Assembly (NCBI GenBank): GCA_013239625.1
Contig: MU056243.1
Coordinates: 3,856,225 to 3,920,224, forward strand
Direction of reading: 5' to 3'
Length of the DNA stretch: 64,000 nt
DNA from: Lama guanicoe
Taxonomy: Eukaryota
The notes under the pieces are model-generated. The model searched no databases. It was not told where the DNA came from and was given only the letters and a program-made list of their open reading frames with translations. Within the stretch, counting starts at the first letter, position 1. Each line of letters begins with the position of its first letter. A program made the translations under genes and the position numbers. Positions 49,450 to 62,756 of the stretch are shown piece by piece.

Positions 49450-49665
49450 ACATAAAGTTGTTTTTTTTTTACCACCTTGACCACTTGGAAGTGTACAGTT
49501 TAGTGGTGTTAGGTACACACACTACTGAGCAATCGTCACGGTCAGCCATCTGCATGATTGAAGCTCTGCACCCATTAAATATTAACCCCCCGTTCCTCCC
49601 TCCCCTCAGCTCATGGCAACCACCATTCCACCTTCTGTCTCTGTGAATTTGACTACTCTTGGTAC
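49450..49665 (-). mobile_element. Old L1 (L1M) 3' fragment
   Basis: ggcaaccaccattccaccttctgtctctgtgaatttgact. Confidence 0.6.
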
Positions 49666-50186
49666 CTTACTATTAAAAAAAAAATCCCATCTAAAAACGT
49701 GTATATTATAATGAGAGAAAGCAATATTACCAGCAAATCATTAAGTTGTTTAAGTGTAAGACTCTCTCCCTTTTGGATTCTTGATGCTGCCTGGGTTCCC
49801 TCTGGTTCTAAAATTTAAGTCGGCCACAGGCTTGGCTCTGACTCCTCATGTCACGCCTAAGCCTTTATTATTCCCAACACTCATTCCCACTCTCCCCTTC
49901 TCACTTTGCCCTTTGCCATTTTCCCTCTTTTATTCTCTCATTTTTTAAGTGCTTGAGAAAAGATACAGAATTTGGAAGGACTGGGATCAAGATGAGGGGA
50001 CAGAAATAATATAGTTGGGTAGATATACATAAGTTCAACCCAAAAAACTTACCTCTCTGGACCCACATCTAGTTAATGTTTTTACTATGTTGTTTTTTTT
50101 TTTGATGAAAACTGAATCTTCATATGGTGTAAAGCATTTGTCATTTTGTGGATATTTAACTTTAAAATGTCATATATTAAGATCAA

Positions 50187-50315
50187 GGGGGGAGGGTGTA
50201 GCTCAGTGGTAGAGTGTGTGCCTAGCATGCATGAGGTCCTGGGTTCAATCCTCAGTACCTCCTTTAAAGATAAATAAATTTTAAAAATTACTTTCCCCCT
50301 AAAATTAAAAAAAAT
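50187..50315 (+). mobile_element. tRNA-derived SINE (vic-1-like)
   Basis: A/B boxes and an A-rich tail. Confidence 0.85.
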
Positions 50316-50554
50316 ATATTTTTAAATAAATTATTAAAAAGTTGATTGGATGATAAACAGAACTTTAAATATACAGTTTTAAAAGGCTTAACAGTCACCA
50401 AGAGAGGAATTTTAAAAAACAAAGATTGAGAGCAACCAAAAACACAAATTAACCAGCCATTACCCATGCAAGGAATAAACTGAACACAATAAATAACTTC
50501 AGTTCACTCAAATGTATGTATCACTTTACCATTCCTAGAGCATCTTTCATCACA

Positions 50555-51065
50555 AATATTGTTGTTGACCACCTACTACATGCCAAGTATTGTTCTAGGC
50601 ACCATGGATACAGTGGTTTGGTTTGGTTTTGTTAAAATAGGCATAAATCTCTGATTCATGATGCTTCCATTCCAGTTGGAGAGAGAGAAAATACATATAA
50701 AAATGGCAGATACAAAGTATGTAAGAAAGTGGGGAGTTCTAAGAAAAAACAAAGCAGGGAGATGTACTATGAAGAATACATATGTGAAATGCTAGATAGG
50801 GTGGCCAGGGAAGGCCTCACTGACAGCACAACTTTTAATACAAGGAGAATGTGAGAAAGCCTAGCCATGCAGATATCTGTCCAGGCAGAGTGAACAGCCA
50901 GTGCAAAGGCCCTGAGGCCAGTTTCCCAAGCATGTTTGAGACTCAGTGGGGGAAGCCCAAGCACCTGACGTGGGAGGAAAGAGGAGAAGTACAAGGAGAC
51001 ACGAGGTCAGAAAGCAATGAGGAGCATGTCCTAAAGACCAGGCAATCCGTGGAGCACTGTGGCTT
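50555..51065 (-). mobile_element. L2 fragment
   Basis: ccaggcagagtgaacagccagtgcaaaggccctgagg and cacctactacatgccaagtattgttctaggc. Confidence 0.6.
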
Positions 51066-52117
51066 CCATCGCTCAGAGAGCTGTGACTATCCCTGGAAGG
51101 CTCAGACAAGACTAAACAACACGAGTTATGTTCAAGTACCATCATCACCACTTTTAATCTGCTCCAGATATACTTTAACAGAAGAGGCTGAGCATATATT
51201 TAATGGAAATGTTTTGGACACGAGTAAAAAACTCCCACCACAGTACCCTCAAGCCATGGCTGCTACTGGCTGCCTCTGCATGCGGGCTTGGAATGGATTC
51301 TTCTACCAGGGGTAAGTCCCTTTCTTACTACGTGCTGAATGGTCAGAAAAAATACAGAGTGAAGAAGGGGTGAGAGAGGAAACAGCCTAAGGAACACGCT
51401 AGGACATGTCTGCTCTCAGAGCATGAAGCAGCTCCCCAAAGAAATCAGCAAACCTGGATACCTACACCTCTGTAGAGAAGAAGCTTGCAGAGCAACTATA
51501 AAGCACAATAATGAGGCATCGTGTATTATAAAAAGTAAAATATCTCTAACTGTCAAGGTTGCATAACTACATCACCACTAGACGATGGAACGTACTGTCC
51601 ACACCTAGAAAAGGGAGGGATGCTGGCTGGGAACGTAAGAACAGTTAGCCCAGGACTGGCTGGACCACCAGTATTTCTGTCACATCACACTGTTTTAGCT
51701 GTACGATGTACTGTTAAGGTTCCCAAAGCAAACAGCTTACGTTTCCACCGCAGACCAAAAAACTAGATCTTGGTTCTTTCATGCAATTTTCACTAGCTTT
51801 TATATAAACATAATTAATTAATAAGCTTATTAATGCATCTTCCTGAAAACTTGAGCATCCTTTAAAATACTTACAAAATAAACATATTTTTCTGTCTTTT
51901 TCTTTTGAATATTTTTATAACATTCTTTAGATTTTATGTGTACACATACTAAAAGCATAGTATTTACTATCGTGTTCAGGGAAAGGGCAGATCTGCCAAG
52001 CCGTCAATTTTCAAGAAGGATGCCTAGAAAGAGGCTCATTGTTCAGTGAATAAGAGCACCATTTAAAGCCCAATCCACAGCTTAGCTCGTGCACTGGAAT
52101 TGAAATGACTGCCACAA

Positions 52118-52131
52118 CCACTAGATGGCGC
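52118..52131 (+). promoter_or_regulatory. CTCF core motif
   Basis: CCACTAGATGGCGC matches the consensus CCASYAGRKGGCRS. Confidence 0.6.
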
Positions 52132-52559
52132 TTGATATCAAATACTGCTACCAACCTCCTTTGCTATTAGAAGCATCTACTATTCACTGTACTTCCTATT
52201 TCAAATTGCTACTGGGTCCTTTTACAGTAACCTTCCCAGTATTACCGGGGAAGCATCTATTAAGTACAAGGCTCTTTCCCTTACAGGACTATATGTTTTA
52301 AGACACAGCAGGTCATTCAAGCACAACTGAAAAGTTAGTCTACTTTTATGGGTAAAATCAGGTGACCAGTTGACACTCATGAAATGTATAATATGAAATG
52401 CACAATGAAAGTGTCGTAACAATGCTTTTTAAGAAAACTATCCTTAGAGTCAAAGGGGAATCAGGATCTCTTAAGGGATAAAATCAGGGCATACTTGTTG
52501 CCCTATAACTGATTTTTCCTGTTCTGATCAACTACGCTATGTTCTAAATTTTGGAACAA

Positions 52560-52805
52560 GATTCACCATAGAACGTACAACATCAAGAGTCAACCCTAAT
52601 GTAAACTATGGACTTTGGTTGATAATAATGTGCCCATGTTGGTTCATCGATTGTACCAAATATGCCACACGGATGAGGGATGTTGAGGGTAAGGGAGTGT
52701 ATATGTGTGGGTGGGGAGGGCTGTGTGTGAACTCTATTTTCTGCTCAATTCTGCTGTGAACCTGAAACTGCTCTAAAAAAAATTAAGTCTATTAAAAAAA
52801 AAAAA
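52560..52805 (+). mobile_element. Old L1 (L1M) 3' fragment with A tail
   Basis: accctaatgtaaactatggactttggttgataataatgtg. Confidence 0.6.
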
Positions 52806-52854
52806 GAAGAACAGAATATTCATGGCATGGCACTGGTAACGTGCAGACATCTAC

Positions 52855-53060
52855 CATATGACTCTGGAGCCATTCGATGAGCGTTTCTGCCGTCGAGTCG
52901 GGGATCTGGCACCTCAAGCCTTCCTTCTCATCTGTTTCCATCACCTCCAACACTCCGCGCAGGTCTTCCACGAGGTGCAGAGCTCGCAAGCTTCCCATGA
53001 ATGGGGACGTGGGAGACTGGCAGTCGAAAATCCCATTGGAATATTCCAGGGCCTTAGAAC
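52855..53060 (-). CDS. PPFIBP1: PPFIBP1 coding exon 2: GSKALEYSNGIFDCQSPTSPFMGSLRALHL...EWLQSHM
   Basis: cctag|GT ... ATG|gtagat; 206 nt. Confidence 0.96.
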
Positions 53061-55406
53061 CTAGGTTTACAAAAATTCACAGAGAGAGCAACGGAATTTA
53101 TGTCAGATGATACACCAAAGCTGAAGGTGGCAAGCAAGTCTAGTCATCTAGTCACAGCGAGGAATGACCAAACAAGGAACAGGGAAAAGAGAGTTCAATC
53201 ATGCACACCTCTCCAAGGCATAGTTATTTGGTGCAAAAATAAAAAACTATATACTTGATAAATATCAGAGGTCAAATACCTAACAGGGAGGCCAGCTGTG
53301 TGGTCTAGTAAGAGGACGGTGGGCTTTGGTGCAGGACGTGCTGACCTCAAAGGAACAAACGCTAAGAAGGCAGCACATCCAATTGGGTGGAGCCATGTAT
53401 TCCTCAAAGCACAAATTTTAGAAATCATAAAGTTTTTAAATTCCCCCTAAAGAAGATGCACATTGATTTACAAACTGCATGGCATAATTTCAAAGTGAAG
53501 AGGGCCAGCTCCCAGGTAACTTACCAGAATTTAATCTCTTAAGAAGCTCAACAAACTGCACATGTACATTTGTGTATGTATGTGTGAGCGTGTGTATGTA
53601 AACAGTTTCCACCACGGTTCTGTTTGCAGCCTAGCATCAAATGCCCCTGCTAATGTTTGCTTTAAAAAATAGCCTTATGGCCATTTTTGTTTTCTATTAC
53701 TTATGGATAGTAAGCATCAAATATGCATACTAACTCTTTATACTTAAATTTCAGTACTTATGACACTTAGGCCGTCACCTCCTAAATCTGAAGGTCTCAC
53801 AGCTGGATGAGACCTGCGAACCAACATGTAAGTTCTCTCTCCAGTTGGCCACGTGACAGGATCAATGCTAACAATGGGGAAAGGAATTCTCTTTCAGCTA
53901 GCTCATTCCACTGACATTCCTGATGCTGGACCCAACAATCTGAACCAAACATCTACCAAACTGTGACAGTGTGAACCACTGACACGCTACACTCAGTGCT
54001 AAGTGCCAACTGAGTCACGTAAACCATCTGAATCAACCCTCGCAGGAAACTCTGTAAAGCTGAGATGGGAACTCAGAAAAACATAAAGTGAGGAGAGTTA
54101 TGTCAGGAGGCGGGAGGAACAGAAAAGCAGTAAAATCCAGGCAGACTCTGCTGTCTTCTTCCAGCAGTTTTAAGTATTAGGATTATCCGATGATGTCGCT
54201 GAAAGTGCACAAGCCCATGGTAACCCTCTACCCCGTTCAATCTCCATCAAAACAAAGTGGCGAGAGGGGAGTCATGTGCATTTAGAAAACTGCCCCAACG
54301 CCTGTAGTCAGTTCTCCTTCTCTGCCTCTTAACTCAGCTGGAGAATTACTGATGGCAATTTGGAAATGTAACTCTTCCCACAAAGCTACTGGTCAAATTT
54401 ATGACCAGGAAAGCTAAGCAGTTGGGCCAGGACAGCCACACCCCGACCCGGTAGCTGGTAGAGGCCAACTGTGTGCTGACCCCGACCATCAGGTTCCTGC
54501 GTGACAACTCCACTCGACAGCCCATTCAGCCATCTCCTCACTGTAATGGGCTCCGAAAAACACTCTGGAGACAAAACACACACTGGGACCTGAGACCTTA
54601 GGTAGCCACCACTCCTGGGAGATGGTGAGGGAGTGAACGGGCTCACCTACATGAGTCAGTCACCTCGGCCATGGAGACAAAACCAGGAAGGGATGGTCTG
54701 TTGCACTGCTGAAGATTCTTAATAAGGAAGTAAGATGATCAGATTGGGGCTTTGGAAAAAAGATTCTGGTGGTGTGGAAAAGGATGGAGCAGAGTGGGAA
54801 AGCAGGCGTGTCGGGGACAGCGCGTGAGAGGGTTATTTAAATAAAGCAAGACGGTGGTGGCAAAGACAGGACAGACTTGAGAGAGAAAAAAAAGGAATGG
54901 CAGCATTTGGTAGGAGGTAGAATTGACTGAATTTGCTTAACTAAATGGGGAACATGTGGGACAGAAGTGTCTAGAATGGCTTACACTTCTGTTTTAGGAA
55001 ACTGTATGGATGGAGGACTATGAAATTAGCCAAGATAAAGAACACTAGAGGGGCTTCCGAGGAAAGTTAATGAGCTCAGTGTTTTAAAGGGTGACACTGA
55101 TGCATCTGTAGGACATTTCAGGGGCGATATCTGGTTGGCTGTTAGAGACAGGGACCTGAAGCTTAGCAAAGAACTGGAAAAATAAACAGATATGAGAGTC
55201 ATTGGTGGGAAGGTGAATGTTGAGGCCAGCAGAACAGACTAGAGTGTTCCTGGATACTGGGAGAGCAGTGTCCCTCATAGTGCCATCCACAGACAAGCTG
55301 CACCAGAATTCACCTGACATGCAGATTCTGTATCCTTGATCAGAAGCCTAGGACGGTACTGGAATTTTTGACATTTTGAAATAAAATTTAAGAATAATTC
55401 TGATAG

Positions 55407-55515
55407 AGGGGGTGGGTATAGCTTAGTGGTAGAGCACATGCTTAGCATGCATGATGAGGTCCTGGGTTCAATCGCCAGTACGGCCATTAAAAAGAAAAGA
55501 AAAGAAAGAAAAAAT
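55407..55515 (+). mobile_element. tRNA-derived SINE (vic-1-like) with TSD aataattctgataga
   Basis: A/B boxes, (aaaag)n tail and a flanking direct repeat. Confidence 0.88.
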
Positions 55516-55695
55516 AATTCTGATAGAAACTGAAGAAGAGAGACAAAGATGAAGCCATGGGGAACCTAAAGCCGTTGGAGAGAGCCAATAAATGAAAACA
55601 TTAAAGTGGACACGTAGTAAAAGAGTTGTAATGAAAAAGCCAAGAGAGCAAAGTAAATGTCACGATTGCATCTTTTAGAGGATGCAGATTACTAC

Positions 55696-55759
55696 CTGCT
55701 ATAATACCATCCATCTGCTCCAACGCCGCAGCCAACATGTCACTTGCATCACTCATCAT
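55696..55759 (-). CDS. PPFIBP1: PPFIBP1 first coding exon: MMSDASDMLAAALEQMDGIIA (exon begins at 55794)
   Basis: Acceptor ttcag at 55795; AAAATGATG start; G|gtagta donor. Confidence 0.96.
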
Positions 55760-57377
55760 TTTGCTATTTGTCAAGGGCAAATTCCAACCTCGATCTGAAA
55801 AAAATAACGATGTTATCATCACATCCTTTAGACAACACATGCTTGCTGGCAGGTATGATAACTCAGCGTCAAGTTATGACTCCACCTAGCAGTCAAACAA
55901 ATATGGAGAATTTCTGAAGTCTTAGAGCTGAATTAACTGAGTCATTGAGAAGCTGTGGCCAACCGTCGTCTGGCTACTGTGCTGCAGGACCATATGCCAT
56001 GCCGGGTTAGTTAACAGAATAAGTGTGATTCAGTCCCTGCACCCGGGGTTTCGGCCCCAGGAGAATGGTTTCCATGCTGCACTCTGTACAGCTCCAGGTC
56101 TCTGTGAGGGCATCGGGGCGGTGTGGAACCATGCTGAGGGCCACGAGGGATCTGAAGTATACAAGACTTCCTGCTTCTCTGCACCAGCCCCACCCGATCT
56201 CTGCTCTCTTCATTTTGCCTTTATTTTTTTTTCTTTTCTCAATAAGGACTTACTGGAAGATTTGTCTAGGAAAATGGTGCAGGAACATTTATACTAAGCA
56301 CACACACATCTGCTCACATTTTGCAGTGTAACTGAGTGCCTACAGTGGTTCCTGCACATTTACATCAATTATCCATAACCCTTTATCATGACGGCAACTC
56401 TATAAAATGTATAAATTCATCTCCATTTTGTAAAGGAGAGCAAAGATGTCTGTTGATCTTTTTGCCTGTAAAGACAGCAAGTAAATATGACAAAAACCAG
56501 TTTACAAAGACCAGTTTTAAACCTAGACCTGTCTGATTTCTGCTATTCTATTGAATTTCTGTTTATCTGATCCTATCTGAAAGATGGGTTTATGCTGAAA
56601 TTGTGTCACAATCTACTCACTCTTTTACCAGTTAAAAAATAAATTGAAATGATCCTTGCCAAAAAAAAAATTTTGGTCATTAACAGGAAAAAGTCAAATC
56701 ATGTGATTTTCAATATTAATGAATACATTTTAGGTACCAGCTAAGCCCCCCCATAAATTCTCCCAACAGGCCCAAATAAAGCTACTTTGCAGATACTACA
56801 GTAGCAAATATCTGGGAACTAAAGGGTATGCTGTTTAACAGAAACCTTTGTCCTCTGTTTCTAAGCAACCAGATCTCACCACTTTATTTTTACAAACATA
56901 TTTACAGTTCTGATAAACGACTTCTTGGATCAGCTCTTCACTGTGTGTCCACTCTAACAGAATGCCATTTAATCATTGCAAAATCTTACTTTGATTTTAT
57001 AGTTTTCACAGATTTCATCTGAGAACTTCCCAGAACTTTTCTCCCTTCAGAAGGTATAAAATAGCATTACCATTTTATGTAGAAATACTACAGCACAAAA
57101 ATAACCAGGGCTTGTATTTACAGTCACCTAGAAAGCAGGGGGTTAACAAGCTAGGTTATGAACCTAGGAGTTCACAAAAATTTACTTGCACATTTAGCCA
57201 GTATACAGTCCAGAGAGCTGGGGCACACATTTAATAAGCACACTTCAGGCTGAAAAACTCAAAACATGAAAACTGAGGACATAAAGGATTAAGCGAAAGA
57301 GTATTCAGTCCTTGAATTTTATATAATTAAGTGGCTTGAATTCCCCTTCATTTTAAAAGTTGCACTTCAAAGAGCTC

Positions 57378-57548
57378 TAGATAGATGTTAATATACATAT
57401 ATAAGACAGATGTGTATATTATATACAAGATAGAGGCATATATATATTTTAAGATAGAGATATATTATAAGATAAAGGCATACATAAGATAAAGGCACAT
57501 GTAAGATAGAAGCATATATATTATAAGATAGATGCATATATATATGTA
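57378..57548 (+). repeat. Degenerate AT-rich minisatellite (ataagatagaggcat-like units)
   Basis: Recurrent taagatag/taagataaaggca units separated by (TA)n. Confidence 0.7.
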
Positions 57549-58249
57549 TGGGGGAAGGCAGAGATACATGCCAGGCTTAGCTATAAACATGGGGAATGCT
57601 AATAAAATAATGCTCACATTAGAAAAACTCATCACCTCACTAAATGAAAAAAACAAATAATCCTCTTCGTTAGCAACTGTATTTTGTATAGAGCATGAAC
57701 ACGTTTTCAAGAAAGAAAGGTAGTTATCTATTTCTTCTCTGTTCTGTTCAATGAACCTTTCAAATGCTATGACATGGAGGTATGAAAACCTAGGCTCTGC
57801 TTTTCAAAGTGTTGGTGAAGAATCAGTTTTTTTAAAAATTTACAGTTTGTTAGACACCAAGTCTTTGTTAAACATAATAAAAATATGATGATATTAAATT
57901 GTTACGAAAGTTTATAAATACTTACTCTGGACCCCTATACGTATCACATAGTAGCCTACGCGTAACAGTAAGGAGAGAGAGACGGCAAACCAATGAACAA
58001 GTGTGAATATCAATATGGCGCACGTGGTAGGTGCTAAGGGAGAAAAACTGAGCAGGATGAAGGGGTCAAGAATTTGACAGGGCTGCAAATTCAACAGGGA
58101 GGTCAGGGAGGATGACGGATTCAAAGGCCAAAGATCTCTTTAATAAATTAAAAGTAGTTAAATACAGGTGGTAGTTCAGTGGTATTCCAAGTATAGAATT
58201 CTCACAAATCGATTAAAAAAAAAGGGAGGGGTGAAGATACAGACAGACA

Positions 58250-60075
58250 TGTAACAGAAGAGGAATCATTTTGAAGAGATGCTTAATGTTATTAATAGCC
58301 AAGGAATTTAAGACAACCATGGGATGTCATTTTATACCTACTCAGTTGGCCAAAAAAACTGATACTACCAAGTATTGTAAAAGGATGTGAATTCACAGAA
58401 TCTCTTACAGAGTGGTAATGGGAATGTAAAATGGGCTAAAATTAAACATTCACATTCATTTTCAATCTAGCAATATTTACACCAAGGTATATTACCATGA
58501 GAAATATACAAATGTTCATAGCAGGACTTGCCACAAGGACAAAAATGTGGAAACAACCCAAATGTTCATCAACGTTAGAGGACATAAATAAACAGGAATG
58601 TTTATGCAATGCAATTACAATTTTCAAAACAAATTAAAGCAATATATGTGTAGTATGGACAAATCTATGCAATATAATAGCACATAAAACAGAAAGTCTC
58701 TGGTAAATTCAGCAAGACTTTTTGTTAAGTTAGAACAATTAAATAGAAATATATAAATACACATAATATGTATTAGAAATACATATAGATTCAATGTAAC
58801 TATACAAAAAGAAAAAGGGAATGATAATACGAAATTCAGGATGATGGTTGCCCCAAGCCAGGGATGCAGGAGGATAGACTAGGAAAGAAAGGAAGCACAT
58901 TGTAAACCTGGGAAAGAAGGAGTGGCTTAATTAATACAAGAAAAATAATTTCCAATCAAGAAGTGTTACCAGAAAGAAAGAGGGATTATTTTATAATGAT
59001 AAGAGTCAATTCACCAGGAAGTCCTGACAATCACAAATGTTTCTGCAACTAATAACAGAGTTTCAAATTACATGAAGCAAAAACTGACACAATTAAGGGA
59101 GAATTACACAAATTTAGTCCGTTTATATTTAATGTAATAGTTGATATGGACAGATTTAAGTCTACTGTCCTGCCATTTTGTTTGTTTGTCTTATATACCA
59201 TTTGTCCTCCTTTTCAACCTTTTTTTTGGAATGCCAACATATGGAAAAATCCAGTAATAATATAGACTTGAGCAACACTATAACCATCTTGACCTAATTC
59301 AATTTATAGAACAAAACGTCTAAATGTAGAATTTCGATCTCTTTTCAATCCACATTTACCAGGATACACCATGCAGATAGGCAAGGCCACAAAATAAGTC
59401 ATAGTAAATTCCAAATGGGCGTTAAAAGAGTACACAGAAGAAAAGGCAGCCCAAAGTGGTAAAGTACTAATTTTAAGAATAGAATTTCCATATGTGTTAA
59501 AAGTCTGACTTGCCCCTGGCTTGAGCTGTTTAAGAGGCAGCCTTACTTCGTGAACATCTGTGTTGATGAGGCTATATGTCAATTTTCATGGCTGGATGAA
59601 AGTATTTTTTAAAATAGAAAGGCTAAATGAGAAGGTTTCAGAAAATCCCATGCTCTGTAAAGATTTTCCTGTATCCTCAAAAACCTTTCTGAGAGGAAGA
59701 TTCCCCTGGGCCACTTCACATACTTAATACAATGGAATATTATTCCAAGACAATGGAATTATTACTCCACAGTAAGAAAAAAAAATTGATACAGACGATA
59801 ATATTATGCTGAGCCAAAGAAGACGGACATAAATGACTACGTACTGTGTGATTCCTTTTATTTGAAATTCAATAAAAAGTATGTATGTGACAGAAAGTGG
59901 AACAATAATTACTTGCAGAAAGTGGTGAATAATTGAAGGAGATACTGGGAACTTTCTGCTCAATATTTTGATGGAGGCGTTGGTTATACCAGTTTATACA
60001 TTTGTCGAAACTCATTAAATTGTGCATTTAAGATGTGTATATTTCACGGTGTATAAATTTCATCTCAAATTTTAA
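58250..60075 (+). mobile_element. Cluster of degraded ancient L1 fragments
   Basis: A-rich, with L1 ORF2/3'UTR-like motifs (tggaaacaacccaaatgttcatcaa; gattcctttta tttgaaattc). Confidence 0.5.
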
Positions 60076-60871
60076 AAATTAGGATTGAAAATGGTTGTTA
60101 GAAATCAGAAATGAAACAGTATTTTTAAATGAGCTAAATAAATAAATGGATGGATATAAGTAGGATATACAGGGCCTTAAAATAATATATTGTGAATAAA
60201 GGATAATAAATAATCCAATTATATGCGCCTGGGGTCCAAAATGATACTCAGAATATCCAGCTTCCTTTGTTCTAATTCTTTGCTTACCCAGAAACCTACC
60301 AATTACAATTTCATCTTCTGGGTGGATAAAACCATTTAGAAAATTAAAACTTTAACATCCAGTAATTCTCACAAGATACCAAATGTATTTCTGCCTTCTA
60401 AGTACTTAATGTATACTTCTTTGAATGACTTGCCAAAGGAAAAGTCACCAGAAAATATACAACAGAGGATTTGAGTTCAAAGTCATAGTTCAAACTGGAC
60501 AAACCCCTTATTTGTTGAGTGATATAAACAAGAGATCAGTTCTGCCTGCAAGAGTCCTCAGTCTCGTGGTTTCCTATTCCAATGGTTTATAAAAATAAGT
60601 TCAGAAAAGTTCTAGGAAAACAATCTCCTGGGGATAACATTCATATATTAAAGTAAGGTCAAACAAACAAACAAACAAAAATACCAAGTAAAGCATGTTT
60701 GGGGTGTATTTCAAACTTGGTAAGGACTCGTTTAGAACAGATTTGAATATGGTAAAACATCAGGGAAAGTTCCAGCAACGGGTGTGGTGGCTACAGGGCT
60801 GGCAGAAAACCACACTTTTTACAGGATTGCTGACTAACTGATGTTTTAGGTCAGGCCAGCTGCCCAACCTC

Positions 60872-61096
60872 NNNNNNNNNNNNNNNNNNNNNNNNNNNNN
60901 NNNNNNNNNNNNNNNNNNNNNNNNNNNNNNNNNNNNNNNNNNNNNNNNNNNNNNNNNNNNNNNNNNNNNNNNNNNNNNNNNNNNNNNNNNNNNNNNNNNN
61001 NNNNNNNNNNNNNNNNNNNNNNNNNNNNNNNNNNNNNNNNNNNNNNNNNNNNNNNNNNNNNNNNNNNNNNNNNNNNNNNNNNNNNNNNNNNNNNNN
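60872..61096. other. Assembly gap, 225 N
   Basis: N run. Confidence 1.
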
Positions 61097-61479
61097 TAGA
61101 AAGTCTGTTTCTAAACATTGGTGAAAATGACTTTTGTTCTAGCTTTCTCAGCTTTCCTTGGGTAAAATGTTTAGGTTTGAAAGGGAATTTCTAATTTCGT
61201 GAGGTGTGCTAAGACATTTAAAAGAAGAAATCCCTCCTGTGGAAGACAGGGTTTTTACATACATTCAACCAATCAACCAAGGTGGCGGCGGGGGGGCGGG
61301 TGCCATGTGGTCATTTTGAAAACAATACAGTTTCATATAAATTACCCACAGATCTCTCACCAATTTCTTCCCCCCAGGAAGCTCGCTAGGGATGTCAGTG
61401 CAAAATAATTTCCCATGGAGGCAGCAATACAATCGTAACAAAGAAACGTCTTAAAAAACTGGAGGAGGAAGGAGTATTG

Positions 61480-61650
61480 AGTGGTTCTCCAGGTGAGGGG
61501 CCTGGCCAGCAGCGGCATCAGCATCTCACCTATGAGCTCGGCTAGATCTAAATCCTTGGGCCAACACCTTCTGAATCAGAAACCTGGGGCCCCTGGGTTT
61601 TAATGAGCTGCCGGGCGACTCTGAGGTGCACACCGCCCGGTGCTGGCGCA
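61480..61650. mobile_element. MER5A-like hAT element
   Basis: agtggttctc start, cagcagcggcatcagcatc and tgaatcagaaac. Confidence 0.5.
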
Positions 61651-62519
61651 CAGGAGGCCCTCCTTCCCCTGGGACAAGCCCCGCCCAGGTGAGGTGGGAC
61701 CGGCTACCAAAGCAAACAAGGGCAGAGCTCCTCTCCCCAGCTCCGACTTCTTACTTCGCATCCAAAAGTAACAGCTCTGAAGAGGCAACTCAGATTTTAA
61801 CCCAAAAAATCTCTCCCTTTAAACTTCAACTAAGTCGGGATGTCTGCAACATTTTAAGATTCTTATGCAACCCTCCTTCCTGGTTCTCTGCTATGTATCT
61901 GTCATCACGTATTTCCTCCTCTCCACTATGTTAGTCCAAATCCTTTTGCCTCCAGTCTCCTCTGACATCCCTAGAAAATTAATCCAGGATCACTTGACAA
62001 GGGCAACATGGAAAGAAGTGGGGGTCGAGGGGTGGGGCAGGGGAGGTGCTGAGAGCAGTAGGGGTGGGGACCCTGGCAGCAGGGGTGATAGCCACGGTTA
62101 CAACACACGTGGTTACAACACACATGTAGGAAGTTTGTCAAACTGTAAAAGTAAGTATAACATTGGTGATACAACTGGAAATTTGAACATTGTGCATGTG
62201 ACAATATTAAGGAATTATTTTACATTTTATGTTATAATAGTTGTCTTTTTCTTAAAGGGTTCTTATTTTCTAGAGATGAGCAAAATATTCACGGATGAAA
62301 TGATATGACATCTGGAATTAGCTTTAAAATGATAAAGGAGAAGAGTTAATAAGGGTAAAGATAGAGATGAAACAAGCTAAGCCACAATTTGGTCATTGTT
62401 GAAGAGGGCGGATAAGCACATGGGCCAATATTACACTATTCTATCTACATTTTTATCTATTTGAGCATTTCCATTATAAAACATTTAAAAATCTTCATCC
62501 ATATCTTCAGCTTTGTCTT

Positions 62520-62756
62520 TTATTTTTTTTTTCGAGGGAGGGTAATTAGGTTTTATTTTTATTTATTTATTTTAATGGAGGTACTGGGGATTGAACCCAT
62601 GACCTCATACATGCTAAGCACGTGCTCTGTCACTGAGCTATATGATTCCCTCCTAAATTAGGTTTATTTATTTTTGGAGGAGGTACTGGGTATCGAACCC
62701 AGGACCTTGTGCATGCTAAGCATGCACTCTACCACTTGAGCTGTACCCTCCCCCCC
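62520..62756 (-). mobile_element. Two tandem tRNA-derived SINEs (vic-1-like)
   Basis: Two consecutive reverse-complement A/B box units. Confidence 0.85.

Larger units (their letters stand above)
1080..55794 (-). other. PPFIBP1: Liprin-beta-1 gene body, first coding exon to approximate poly(A) site; promoter and further 5'UTR exons lie to the right
   Basis: 29 phase-compatible exons giving an N-terminal coiled coil, a linker, three SAM domains and a C-terminal DSNV. Total CDS is 3108 nt with all cassettes included. Confidence 0.97.

Noticed and set aside
794-62756. tRNA genes suggested by A/B boxes at about 12 sites
   Set aside because: All share a non-tRNA 3' tail, A-rich ends, TSDs and scattered mutations, so they are SINEs.
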